This document shows, piece after piece, positions 25,398 through 39,888 of a DNA stretch of 64,000 bases. The stretch's first letter is position 1. Each line of letters begins with the position of its first letter. The notes under the pieces were generated by a model. The model was not told where the DNA came from, did not search any database, and saw only the letters and a program-made list of their open reading frames with translations. The stretch comes from Zygnema circumcarinatum SAG 698-1b (lineage: Eukaryota; Plantae; Zygnematophyceae), in contig CM074820.1 in the NCBI GenBank assembly GCA_037447605.1, positions 806,001 to 870,000 on the forward strand, read 5' to 3'. The translations under genes were made by a program, and so were the position numbers.

Positions 25398-28300
25398 TAG
25401 CAAGCTGCAATTTCTCAATTTCTGCTTTCTCTCCATCTCCACAAATTGAGAATTGACTCATCTCCTCCACTTGAAGCATCGATATATCGGTGCATTCACA
25501 GTATCGAGATATACCGAAGCAGGCAGTCCGGATCATATTGCTTCTCCATGCTCCATGCTGCATGCTCGAGAGCATCCATTCCCAGAATTGTCGTTTTCCT
25601 CCTTTGAAACGAGTCCAGAGGCGTGTTATCTCGATGTTCTCCGATACAAGTGAATGCAGATCCAAATCTATTCGCATCATCAAAATCAAAATTCGTTAGA
25701 AACAAATTGGTTAGTCATTCCCTGCTAATGGTCCATGTCATAATCTCCGTTTGCTATTTTCTTTTGAAGTTATAACCAACTTTTAAATAAAAAGTAACAA
25801 ACAAACAAAAACAAAGTAATGAAAATGGTTAAGCTTTATGATACTGCCGCAATTTACCCTTGGTAATTTGTAAATCTCTGGGCTCCAATAACCTCGATTG
25901 TTTCACGATCGCTCATTCGCGGGCAAATTAACATCCCCACCAGCAATTCCGGATATTGCATAAAGCGGATTTCTTCCTGCAAAACCGGGCAATTAAACGC
26001 ATCTCCAATGATATTTGAACCATTCTCTCCCTCCCCTCCTCTCCCCCCCTCCCCTCCTCTCCCTCCACTCCTCTCCCTCCACTCCTCTCCCTCCACTCCT
26101 CTCCCTCCCCCGTTCCCCCCCGCTCCCCTCCTCTCCCTCCCCCGTTCCTCCCCCACTTCCCTCCCCCGCCCTCTCCCGCCCCTCCTCTCCCTCCGACGTT
26201 CCTTCGCCTCCCCTCCCTCTCCCTCCCCTCCTCTCCGTCCCCCTCCCCTCCCTCCCCCGTTCCCCCCCCTCCTCCCCCTCCTGTCCCTCCCNNNNNNNNN
26301 NCCTCCTCCCCCTCCCCCCTCTCCCTCCCCTCCGCTCCCCTCCTCTCCTCACTCCTCCCTCTCCTCCTTCCCTCCCTCTCCCTCTCCTCCTTTCTCCCCC
26401 TCCCCTCCCTCCTCTTCCCCACCCCCCCACCCTTTCCCCCCCTCCTCGTCCCCCCCCCTCTCTCTCCTCTCCTTTTACCCCTCCTCAACCCTCCTTTCCT
26501 TCCCCCTCTCGCTCCCCTCCTCTCCCCCCCTTCCCTCCCTCCTCACTCCCACTACCTCCCCCTCGTCCTCCCCTCCTCTCCCCCGTCCTCTCTCCCCCTC
26601 CCCAGCCTCCTTCCCCCCTCCCCCCCCATCTTCCTCTCCCCCTTTTTCTCAATTTTCTTTAAAACATTTAAACAATAGGATAAGAGAAAGTACCCCCCCC
26701 TATTGCATGCTATGCCTAATTTTAAGCACTCGCCTGTGCACAGCCTCCCCTTAATGCGCCACCTCCGAAATATTTGTTTCCAAAATTTACTTGCAGGCAG
26801 TTATTTCCGATATCTTCAATGGGGCCTGCAGAATCCGCCACCTGCATGCATAAAAATATAAATTTCATTGGAAATGGAATTCGTGGGAATGCAATTTTGT
26901 CTCGCTGAAGCATATTGGGTGCTACTTGAAACCCTTTTAAAGGTTTGCGGAATATCAAAAGTATTTATTCTACTATCGAATGTAACGGCATGATACCCAT
27001 TCAGGATATACCACAGCTAATCCCAATTCACATGGAAAAGTTTCCTCAAAGAGTTAAAAGATTTTTTTTCATTATTCGAGGTCATGGAGAACCACTTGTT
27101 CTATGTTTCCTAATGAGAGAAAAAATCAGTTCTTTTGAAAGTGTGATGTTGCAGGCGATATTTTAGACATCTTACAACAAATTCACAAAGGGAATGTTTT
27201 CCGAAATCCTTATAGGGATGCAGCGAATTTTTGTATATCAGCACTTTCCGCTCAATCGATATGTTTCCTTGAGGCACAGAGCGGCGAATAGAGTCGAAAT
27301 AGTTCAACAGACAAAGGATCTTCTGATATTGAAAGTTACCGGGCGCATGCAGCCGCCTGCACACACATCCTTGGCGTCTCTATGCATGGATTAGTTCATC
27401 AATTCCTTGAAAAAACACATTCAAGCAGTACTGAACATTGGAAACCATGGAGATTTGACTTTGTATTTCCACATATGATAAAGTCCATGAATGAGTTTAG
27501 ACTGTTTAGAATAAAAAGAATGCCTCACAATCAGTCAAGGCGATAATTGAAAATAACGGAAAGGGGGTTGCTATTTTAGCATGAAACGAACCCAAACAGT
27601 CCGTCAAAGTTGATGTCGGGAAGGTGATGCTCGGTCCGCCCCTTCGACGGATATGCGCAGAAAAAGGCGCAGGCCAAAAGGGATGCTGCAAGTTTCTGCA
27701 GATATAGAGACCTAAAAAATTGTTAGGAAACTACACATTTTCAAGCAAGTGAGTCGAAAGAACATGATCAATGATCAACATGAATGTATAACTTCTTTAT
27801 ATACTCTCTCTCTCTCTCGCTCTTTTTTTTCTCTTTGGTTGCTGTTTTTCAGCTGTTGCACTTCACTCAGAATGGCCTTTTTAAAAAGTTTGAAGAATGC
27901 CTAAATCACTTTTTTAGTTTCTTTGCATCTCATCACATCGCAGCCACATTGGCAATGATATTTTTCTTTCCTAGTTGGCTTCTTCGAACCATCAAAGGAG
28001 TCATTTCATTACCTGACTGATCATCGAGATGCTGCTTGATCCAGCCGTCAACATCTTCAACTCCATTTTCAGACAACTCCAAATACTCCGGTTCTCATGT
28101 AGAAGAAAAGGGAGCTCCGCCGCCTTCGTTGCCATGAATGGCACCAGTTCTCCCAGAACATGATCTTTGTCTGGCCGCCCCAGCTGCAGGAATACCATAC
28201 AATTCCATACAATATCAATTAACTGATATACCTTCATACTTGAAAGAAAAACTGCTGGAATCGTAGCAATCGAACTCCATAGGGGTGCGAATTCGGTTGC

Positions 28301-28668
28301 CTTAAATGTGACTGAGTCCTCCTTCGACTATTCAGGTCAAGCAGGTGTGCATTTACCTGCTCGAAAAATAGCTCCATACCGCTCTTCAAGTTAGGATCGC
28401 CATCACTCAGCCGAAGCTCCCTTCGAATATCAACGATGAATTCCACAAGTTTTTTGGCAGAGGTGACTTCGCTTACATTGGGTCCTCTTGCAAGAATTGC
28501 AAATAATTCCTTCACAGTCGCCGGCCACTTGTATTCAAATTCAGCCTCCTCAAGTGGACGCCTGTGATCTTTATCGTAATCACAAGGTTGAAAACGTTCA
28601 AAAGAGAGTTCGTTGGGGCGGCTCCTTGGATGGCTGCTCGCCTCTCCAGAAAACCCCATTCCTGCCAT
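22942..28668 (-). CDS. PARG: Poly(ADP-ribose) glycohydrolase (PARG). Exons 28668-28357, 28183-28013, 27695-27592, 27356-27176, 26841-26734, 25976-25858, 25667-25515, 25255-25207, 25024-24920, 24235-24173, 23866-23722, then tentative 23596-23552, 23459-23418, 23062-22942
   Basis: LAASLLACAFFC...HLPDINFD, ILCLLNYF...[61 protein letters not shown] and LWTELMDY...FFEWLL are all diagnostic of PARG. Phases are consistent across exons. The last three exons are less certain. Confidence 0.93.
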
Positions 28669-30525
28669 AATTGACAAAAAGCCCAGAAACAAGTGCATAA
28701 CAGCTCAGAGAGGAAAAGCTCTGAATTCGATTACGCTATACCCTACTGCAGCACCCGATCTTTAAAGAAATGCTGCTGAAAACTTCCAATTTATTTGCAA
28801 TAGCGCAGTGCTTCATCGGATCGAAGCAGGTTTTGCATGCCAGGGAGAAGTCTTCTTGGCAGAAGTAGAAAAAGGCTTCACCTCTAGCTTTCACTAAGCC
28901 AAATGCTTCCCTTCTCGTGGAAGCCGTCTTGAGAGACAAGGCAGCTGCAAGCAGGCAGGCTCCATGGGGAGCCATGCACGGCCGAATTAGAAAACCTTTC
29001 TGCATGATCGGCGGGCTTTTATGTGCCTGCTCAAACAGAAAAAGAACACTTTCACTTCCAGTTGCGGAATTTGTACGATTCCTGTTACCTTATGGGAAGT
29101 CGTACTGTGTCGTGCGGGACCGTACAGCATGATGGGCTCTGAGCTTATTCATCGCCTAAGCCCTTATAAACTATCCATGCTAGAATAAACGCTATGTGCT
29201 TAGGTCCTTTGCGACCAGTTCCTCTTGGTTCCCTATAATGATTTTCTCCATGTACATTTGATGGCCTCGCCATCGTGAGTTCAATGCCATTTTCCTCTCT
29301 CTATGAGCTTTATTGAGGCGGCTATACGAACACCTTTTGGACTTTTTGAAATTGTCCAATCGTGTTAAATCATTGAACGCCGAATTGCAAAGAGTCACGC
29401 CATGACATTACAGGGCAACTGCTTTGTTGAACACAGGGTTGGAGTTCAAATACCCAGAACCCATGGCATAATGGGCTACACAGAAGTTCCTATATTCATA
29501 TATATTGCATCGAGTGGTATCAATCTCATTTGGTTTGTAATGATAGATATGATTTTTTCTCTTTCTAATTTTCATTGTTCACCTTCCGTGCCACTCGTTT
29601 TGGGTTGATCCATCCGTAACGACTATGTTCTTGAAACATAAAAGTAAATAGACCACGACTAATGACACGACTAACCATGACTAAACCATGACTAATGACA
29701 AATTTGCATTGCGTACAAGATCACTGTCGTGCTACCATTTTAAATGCTTTGAGGCAGGACCATTTTTGAAGAGCATAGACCAAAGCAAAAAATGAAAGCA
29801 TAAACCAAAAAAAAAAGGGGAGCGAGAGAGTCATAACACTCTCCAGCCCCTCCCTCCTTCCCTCTCTTTCTGCATCTACTGCTTTTCAGTCTCACAAAGC
29901 TACCCAACGCTTCGTAGCCTTACAACGAAACCCTAAAACTGACTAATGCTGTGCCAAATTCAGGCAAATTCAGCGGTCTAGATTTCGAGTACAGGCCCAA
30001 CTGCTACATAAACAAAAAAGCAAAAATAATCCTAATCCTATGACACCTACACAACCCTCCTCCTATAAAAAATAATAATAATAATAAGGCCTGCAAGCCT
30101 TGCTGCCATAGAAAAAAAATGACTTCTCCTCTGAGCTGCATTCCTCCTATCCAATACTAATAATTTCTCCCCATCTAATTTCTATGCTTGCTCATAACAA
30201 TAGGCTAAGGCAATTTGAAGTTTCCTAACAATAGCTTTTATTTCATTCTATCACATAAAATTGCATTGCGGACAAAAATGACTCTTCGTAGCAAAGAATA
30301 CAAAACTTAGGCTGGAGAAACCCTAAACTCGAGGAGCAGAAACCGACGATATATTTAAACTAACCCAGAAAAAGCAGAAAGTTCTGCAGATACTGAGTTC
30401 GGCCCTCACCTACTCTCCATATCTTTGCTGTGCTATTTTCGTATAAAGGAAAGAAGTAGAAAATTGGAACACCAAAAAAAGGGAACAAGTTCCCTCTCAA
30501 AATTGTTAATTCCGAATTTTTCTCG

Positions 30526-32662
30526 TCACAGAAACATGTATGGCTTTTCACCACTTTGAGATGCCTCCCGATGCTTCGCAATGATTGGCTCATAGTGATC
30601 CGCGCCGCCGCCACACCAACCTGCAAACTCAGTTTAAAACAAAAAACCGTCGATTTGGCAAGGTTGAGATTACAGACTTCAGTGGGCACTATGAGCGTCA
30701 ATGCTCAGAAACTGATTACATGAGTATGCTTAATTTGGTTCCCCGCCGGCCTCTTATGAATGACTATTTCGAAAACCCTAAAAATTCAAACACTAGTTCA
30801 TCATATACTGGCTTATGATTTGCGTGCAGAGCAGCACATACCGGTGCCCTTCATGAAGAGGAAAATTGGAGTTTCCGAAGCAACTGCCCCTCCTGGCCGG
30901 TGAGGCAAAAAGAAGAGGCACGAATTCGAATCCACCATGCCATCAGCTCCATGTGCTTGCACCTGCACCATGCAACAAGGCCCCAAAAAACACTTCCAAA
31001 AGACTCAGAAAAGGATTTGAGCCAGCCACCTCCAGCTTTAAGCATTCTCCATCCTCTCCTCCCTCACAGTAAACTCAAAACGTTCCATAGTTCAACCCAA
31101 AACAAGTTATATGGTATCTCCTCCTTCCTACTACTCACCACAAACACTTCACATCCGTATTCAGAGGCGACGCTCTCGATTGCTATATCATCGCCAAAGG
31201 CTGCAGCCTTTCCCTGACGGTTCTCCTCCACCGAAAGCAGCCCCTCCTCTGTGTACTGCAGAGTTACGATGTCATGCTCATCCTCGTCGCTGCCGCATAC
31301 AGCCATGAACTTGGTCCAGCTCGCGCCATCGGAAACGCTCATGCATTTCTCCTTGTATACAACCTCCGCTGCTGGTTCTCTGCAATCGGGAACGGAAACG
31401 GAAACAGTCCGCAAATGAACAAGCATGGAAAAAGCAAGTTCAAAGTACTTCCTGTCACTTCCCCTGCTTTGGAGACTCAAATAAGCACTTCATCACCCTG
31501 AAACTTAAAACATAAGACTTGGAAAGAAGTTACACAGAAAAAGAAAAGATTCGTCTTTAATGGCTATTGCAGACCGCTAGATAGAACATCCTTAAAGATC
31601 GTTTACATATCTCCTTGTTCTCCTGGAGACAGAATGTACGCAGACAGTGACATGGAGCAGTTTCCAGCTTACTTCCAGCAAATTTACAATTCGTTGCAAG
31701 AATACCATCGCATCCATCGAAACAAGAGCAGATTGCAGTGATAAAACGAAGGATCACAGACAAATAAAAAATGAAAACGATAAATCATACATATATAACT
31801 CAATAACTTCCGACAGCACCGAGCTCTTTAAGCATACCCACCTGTTCATTCCACACAGAACCAAATCTTCGATTGCTTGGTCCATCGCAGGTCGTTCCGA
31901 CTTCTTCGCAAGCAGTTTGAGCTCCTGAACTATGTGCACTCCCCATCCTGACTTCAAATCCGGCGAATACAGATTTTGAATGGCACGATCCGTGCTTTCT
32001 TTTGCAAGAACACCTGAAGCATAATCCTTCCAGAACCTTCTCACTACCGCCTGTCGTATATCTTGCAGGCTTCCTTTGGCCCCCTGCCCTAAGATGCGGT
32101 GCAGGGCAGTAAACAAACAGTTTCCATCGGAAGCCACATCTCCTCCGTGGTGTAAAGTGAACAATTTCTGCACTTTTGAAACCGGATGAGTCCACACTAC
32201 ACCTCGTGAAGCTACAGCAGTAAGGGCTGATATCTGCACATCTTCCAAGCCACAGACACTTTCCCACTCTAGCTCCTTCACTTCAGTAGTTGTAGGAGCG
32301 TAATCTGTCTCCGAAATACTCAACCTATCGTCATCATCATCATCACGATTTGCCTTGTTTCCTCCCAAACTCTTAAAATCCAAATCCATATCCATCTCCA
32401 TATCCAAATCCAGGTCCAATTCCACATCCCTGTTCGGTTGAATGCTATCTGTCAGCTGCGCATTTCCGCCTCCTTGAAGATGCCCCATGTTTGAATGTTC
32501 GAGCCTTGCTGCTATAGAGCACCCCTGGCTGCTCGCCTGCTGGTGCAGGAAGGAAACTGGAGAGCTCATTTTCATCGCAGAGCACTGCGCATGTGAAGAG
32601 GATGCCTCTCCTGCCAGAGCGACCTCTGAGGCCAACTCTCTGTCAACCAGAGCGATCCCCAT
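30526..32662 (-). CDS. Conserved plant OTU-like (papain-fold cysteine protease/deubiquitinase-like) protein. Exons 32662-31842, 31379-31139, 30962-30842, 30620-30526
   Basis: HHGGDVASDGNCLFTA (OTU Cys motif), YSPDLKSGWGVHIVQELKLLAKK, AAAFGDDIAIES, FLFMKGTGWCGGGADHYEP (His motif). Splicing is in phase. Confidence 0.85.
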
Positions 32663-33939
32663 CCTTGAAGACTTTTCCTCTCCCTCTCTCCCTCCCTCTC
32701 CCTCTCTCCCTCTCTCCCTCTCCTCCTCTCTCTCTCCCTCTCCTCTCGCCCTCTCTCCCTCTCTCCCTCTTTCAGACCCCTGCTACCAAAAGTCGGGGAA
32801 TCCTGGTTCGAAGTACCGCTACCCCACCTTTATTCACAATAATTTATTGCTGCCCAGACGTGTATTGTAACAAAAAACTTATTGTAGGGAAACTCTGCAT
32901 TATCTGTCCGGGATACAATGAGCTTCAAAGAGTCTTTGAGTCTTTGCAAGCACAGCAAAAACTCACTTTTTCTTGAGATCTATATGCTTCCGCGGCAACC
33001 TTTTAAATTATAACATTACATTTCCTATGGGTCCAAAAAATTGCACGAAATTTCACTTAAGAACCGTGCTTATTATTGCATATCACTCAGTTCCCAAACT
33101 TCCAAGGCCTGCTCAGGGCCAACCCTGACAAGAGGCTCCCAATTTTCTTCGTTCTGAACGTTGGGGAAAAGACTGAATTCCAAAATGTTGCGGACCAAAA
33201 ATGAAAAACCTTTCTGAAACTGCCTTACACGGGCAGGAAATTAAGAAGAATCTTCTCACATACAAAACCGGGAGTTTCAGGATTCGGTCAGCGGGAAAAA
33301 GGGATCTCTCCCACGCTTTCGGGCAGACAAAAAAAAGCTAAAATGTCAGCGAAGCAGCCACCAGGATGCAATCCCCTCAAAAAAAAATTTGGACCCCTGG
33401 CGACCAGGTTCAAGTAAACCCCTACCGCCACGTGACGCCCATCCAACCGTCCATTTGTTCGAGCGGTGAAATCGACGGTCTTGCTGCGACTGCGCACGGA
33501 CGGCATGGCGGCGGAGAAGCTTCCCACTGCGTCTAGCTGCGCTGCTTCCAATGCACGGTCGTCACGTGTCACCCCGTGATCTGCGTGGCCAATAGGAAGC
33601 CTCTCCGGGAGCGCTCCAGCCAATCGCGAGGCGCCATTCTGTTCGCCGTCCGAGCCGGCCTTGACTCACAGCGAATAAAAATAGGAATCTGTAATTCACA
33701 CACCTTTTCAGATATATACACACCTTTTTTTGACTACAAGCACATATTTTTTGGAAATATACACACCTTTTTTTGTATAATATACATTTTTTGGAAAGAT
33801 ACACACCCTTCTTGGATAGATACACATATTGTTGGATACCTACGCAGCTTTTTGTTAAATAAAACCCTAAAAACTGACCGGAGAAATAAAAGCGTGTACC
33901 TATCCAAAAGGTGTGTAAATATCTTCCCATAAAAAAATG

Positions 33940-34986
33940 TGGAAAATGATACAGCGGCCCCACCTTTTGGATATCGGCGCCCCCTTTTGGGAAAAATTGT
34001 ACTTTTTTTTTTTGGCTAATTACCCCCCCCCCTTGGATCTTTCGGGAGGAGAGATCTTGTAGACAATCGGACCCCGCGCCTCGCGCGCAGGATCCGACCG
34101 TGCACCGACGTACAGCGCCGCGCATCGCGGCGTGGCCCGTGAGATGCGGCGAGCCTACGGAAAAGTTGTCCTCACCTGACCCGTTTGGGTCAGAGGTTGC
34201 CACGTGGCAGTCTGCCATTGGACAGCCCTGCTTCCGGTCCCCCATGCCGATACAGTGGACCCCCATAATATTTTCGCCATGGTTTCGGCAAATACTGGGC
34301 GAAAATATTGTAATTTGCAAATATAAGGTCCGTGTTACCAATAGGCGAGCGGTATTATGTTAGAGTTCATGTCTGTTCGTATGTATCGTATCGTATCGTA
34401 TCGTACCGTGATTTGGATACAAGAGCTCCTATTGGTGCCGTACGTATATCGTACAACTCAGAGATTTTATTCGTACTTACCGTACAGCGTAAAAGCGTGA
34501 CCCATGTTTGAAATCCGTTCCGATTAACAGATTTTGTATTGGAGAATAGGTCAGGTTAGGTTAACACCCCTAATACGTTAACATTGAGTTACCGTACAAA
34601 AAGGTGGTTTCGGCAAAATCGGGGCAAATTTCTTGGGGACGCACTGTACAAGGTGGAAAATATTATGGGGGTCCACTGTATCGGCATGGGGGACCGGCAG
34701 CAGGGCTGTCCAATGGCAGACTGCCACGTGGCAACCCCTGACCCAAACGGGTCAGGTGAGAACAACGTTTCTGTACGCTCGCCGCATCTCGCGGGCCACG
34801 CCGCGATGCGCGGCGCCGTACGTCGGTGCACGGTCGGATCCTGCACGCGAGGCGCGGGGTCCGATTGTCTACAAGCTCTCTCCTCCCGAAAGATCCAAGG
34901 GGGGTAATTAGCCAAAAAAAAAAGTACAATTTTTCCCAAAAGGGGGCGCCGATATCCAAAAAGTGGGCCCGCTGTATCATTTTCCA
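33940..34986. mobile_element. Non-autonomous foldback/MITE-like element. Inverted arms 33940-34275 and 34656-34986, about 380 bp spacer, possible 6 bp TSD AAAATG
   Basis: The left arm is the reverse complement of the right arm (TGGAAAATGATACAGCGG... / ...CCGCTGTATCATTTTCCA). The ORF track shows near-identical peptides on opposite strands. AAAATG flanks at 33934-33939 and 34987-34992. Confidence 0.8.
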
Positions 34987-35402
34987 AAAATGTTTGAAGT
35001 TGCCGACCGTACCGTACCGTACCTTGGTACAAGGCGGGAAGCAGATCAACTCGTAACCGCTCGGATCAACAAGGTCAACAATTAGTCTCCCGTTGGGAGT
35101 TTGGGGGTTAACTAGGAAGTTGACCTTACGTGGATCTAGCGTCCCCGATTTGTTGTTCGTATGGCGCATGGTCTCATGGTCCCTAGGGAGCAATGAGTTG
35201 CAGCCCGCGCTATAGCCTTTGTGGGTGCCAGCTTGGACTTGAGCCTCACGCGCATACGAAACCACAAGGAGACCACCGGCAACACATTGTGCTTATGTTA
35301 AAACTTGCCTGTACAGTCCACTTCTTAGGGTTAGTCCCAAATTCTACGCGTTTAGGGTTTCAGTGTCTTTAGGGTTATTAGGGTTTTGTATGTTTTTTCT
35401 CT

Positions 35403-38521
<3,119 letters not shown>

Positions 38522-39888
38522 TCGGTAATCTTGACGTCTGCAGCCATGGAATCCATGCATGCAGAAAAATAGAACTCGGAGACAGGGGGTTAGAAGGCGT
38601 CACTGAACCCTGATGAAATAAAGCTGAAACCCCGCCCACCTGCAGCTCCGGGGAGACGGAAAGCGGAGAGCCATTCTGAAAATTAAAATAAAAAACTGAA
38701 CCTATTACCTTTGTACTAAGACATTAAAACTCCGACATCGAACTCACCCTCGTGCAGAGGCGGGGAGGCGGAGGAGGAGAGTGCGGGTGAGAGCCCTAAA
38801 AAATGAATCCTCAATTCCAGAGCTTAATACAACAAGTTCCTGAACCCTAACATGCAAACTCTAAAAATCTGAACCCTAAAACCCCCTCGTCCCCTGCGGG
38901 AGGAGGCCGGGCAGAGCCGAGAAGTGGCCGACGGGAAAAAGGACGACGGGCGACTGTTCACGGTGACGGTCCTACTATACGCTCTGAAACTTTGAGCGCA
39001 CGTGTGATTGGCTGAAGTCCCCGATGAGGACAAAATAAGCTGGCAAAACTTGTCGTATTTCCAGTCGTACATATGGCCGTACTGTAGTGGACTCGCTGGT
39101 CAACTGAAGCGACAAATATTTCGCACGTGCGAAAACAAAAGAAGTGCCATCTGATTGGTGATGGGGAATTGGAAGATAGAAGTTGGAGCGTGCGAAGGGC
39201 TGTTCCGTGCTGCAGTGACCCCTTCCATGCTGAAAACCGTTCTTTTGGAAACGCGTATGGCATGTGTGGTACCGTCGTTCTTGCCGCCTACAGTTTAGTA
39301 TCGTATCGACCATGTCATGTCATGTATCGGCAATACGATACATTCCGATATGGAATTGAGCGATAGTCGGCTATACGATAATGATAGATTGTGAACGATA
39401 TTAAACGATATATCGCTCAAAACACAATGTATCGAGATACTGGTCAAACGCGGACGCGGACCGTCGATTCGTATCGTCCCGCAATAGGTCGTATAATATC
39501 GTATTGCCGAAAATCGTCATGTTGAGAGAGCGAGAGAGAGCGCGAGCGGGAGAGGAGGTTTTCGAAGTCCCTACTTGTTGCTTTGCCGCCTCCGCCCTTC
39601 CAACGAACCATTCGTGTCAAGAGGAGAGTGAGGGAACCAACGCATGTTGACATGGCATGAAAATGTTTGAAACACAGATCTGCAAATTCTCCAAGCATAG
39701 ACCTGACACTCTACATACAAACCATCTCTTGGCAAAATCTCCCTCATATCTTATAATTAACGTTAATGGAACTTCATAAATGGTTGAAGCCATCAATCGC
39801 ACTACCCTCCCCCCTTCCACCCCCAACCTCCTATACACGACATTCCCTCCACAGCCCCAACAACATGAAAGCATAGAAATCCACACCC

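Noticed and set aside
29192-29398. Minus-strand ORF as an extra 5' PARG exon
   Set aside because: The sequence is the dispersed element also found at 53521-53612, and it shows no PARG similarity.
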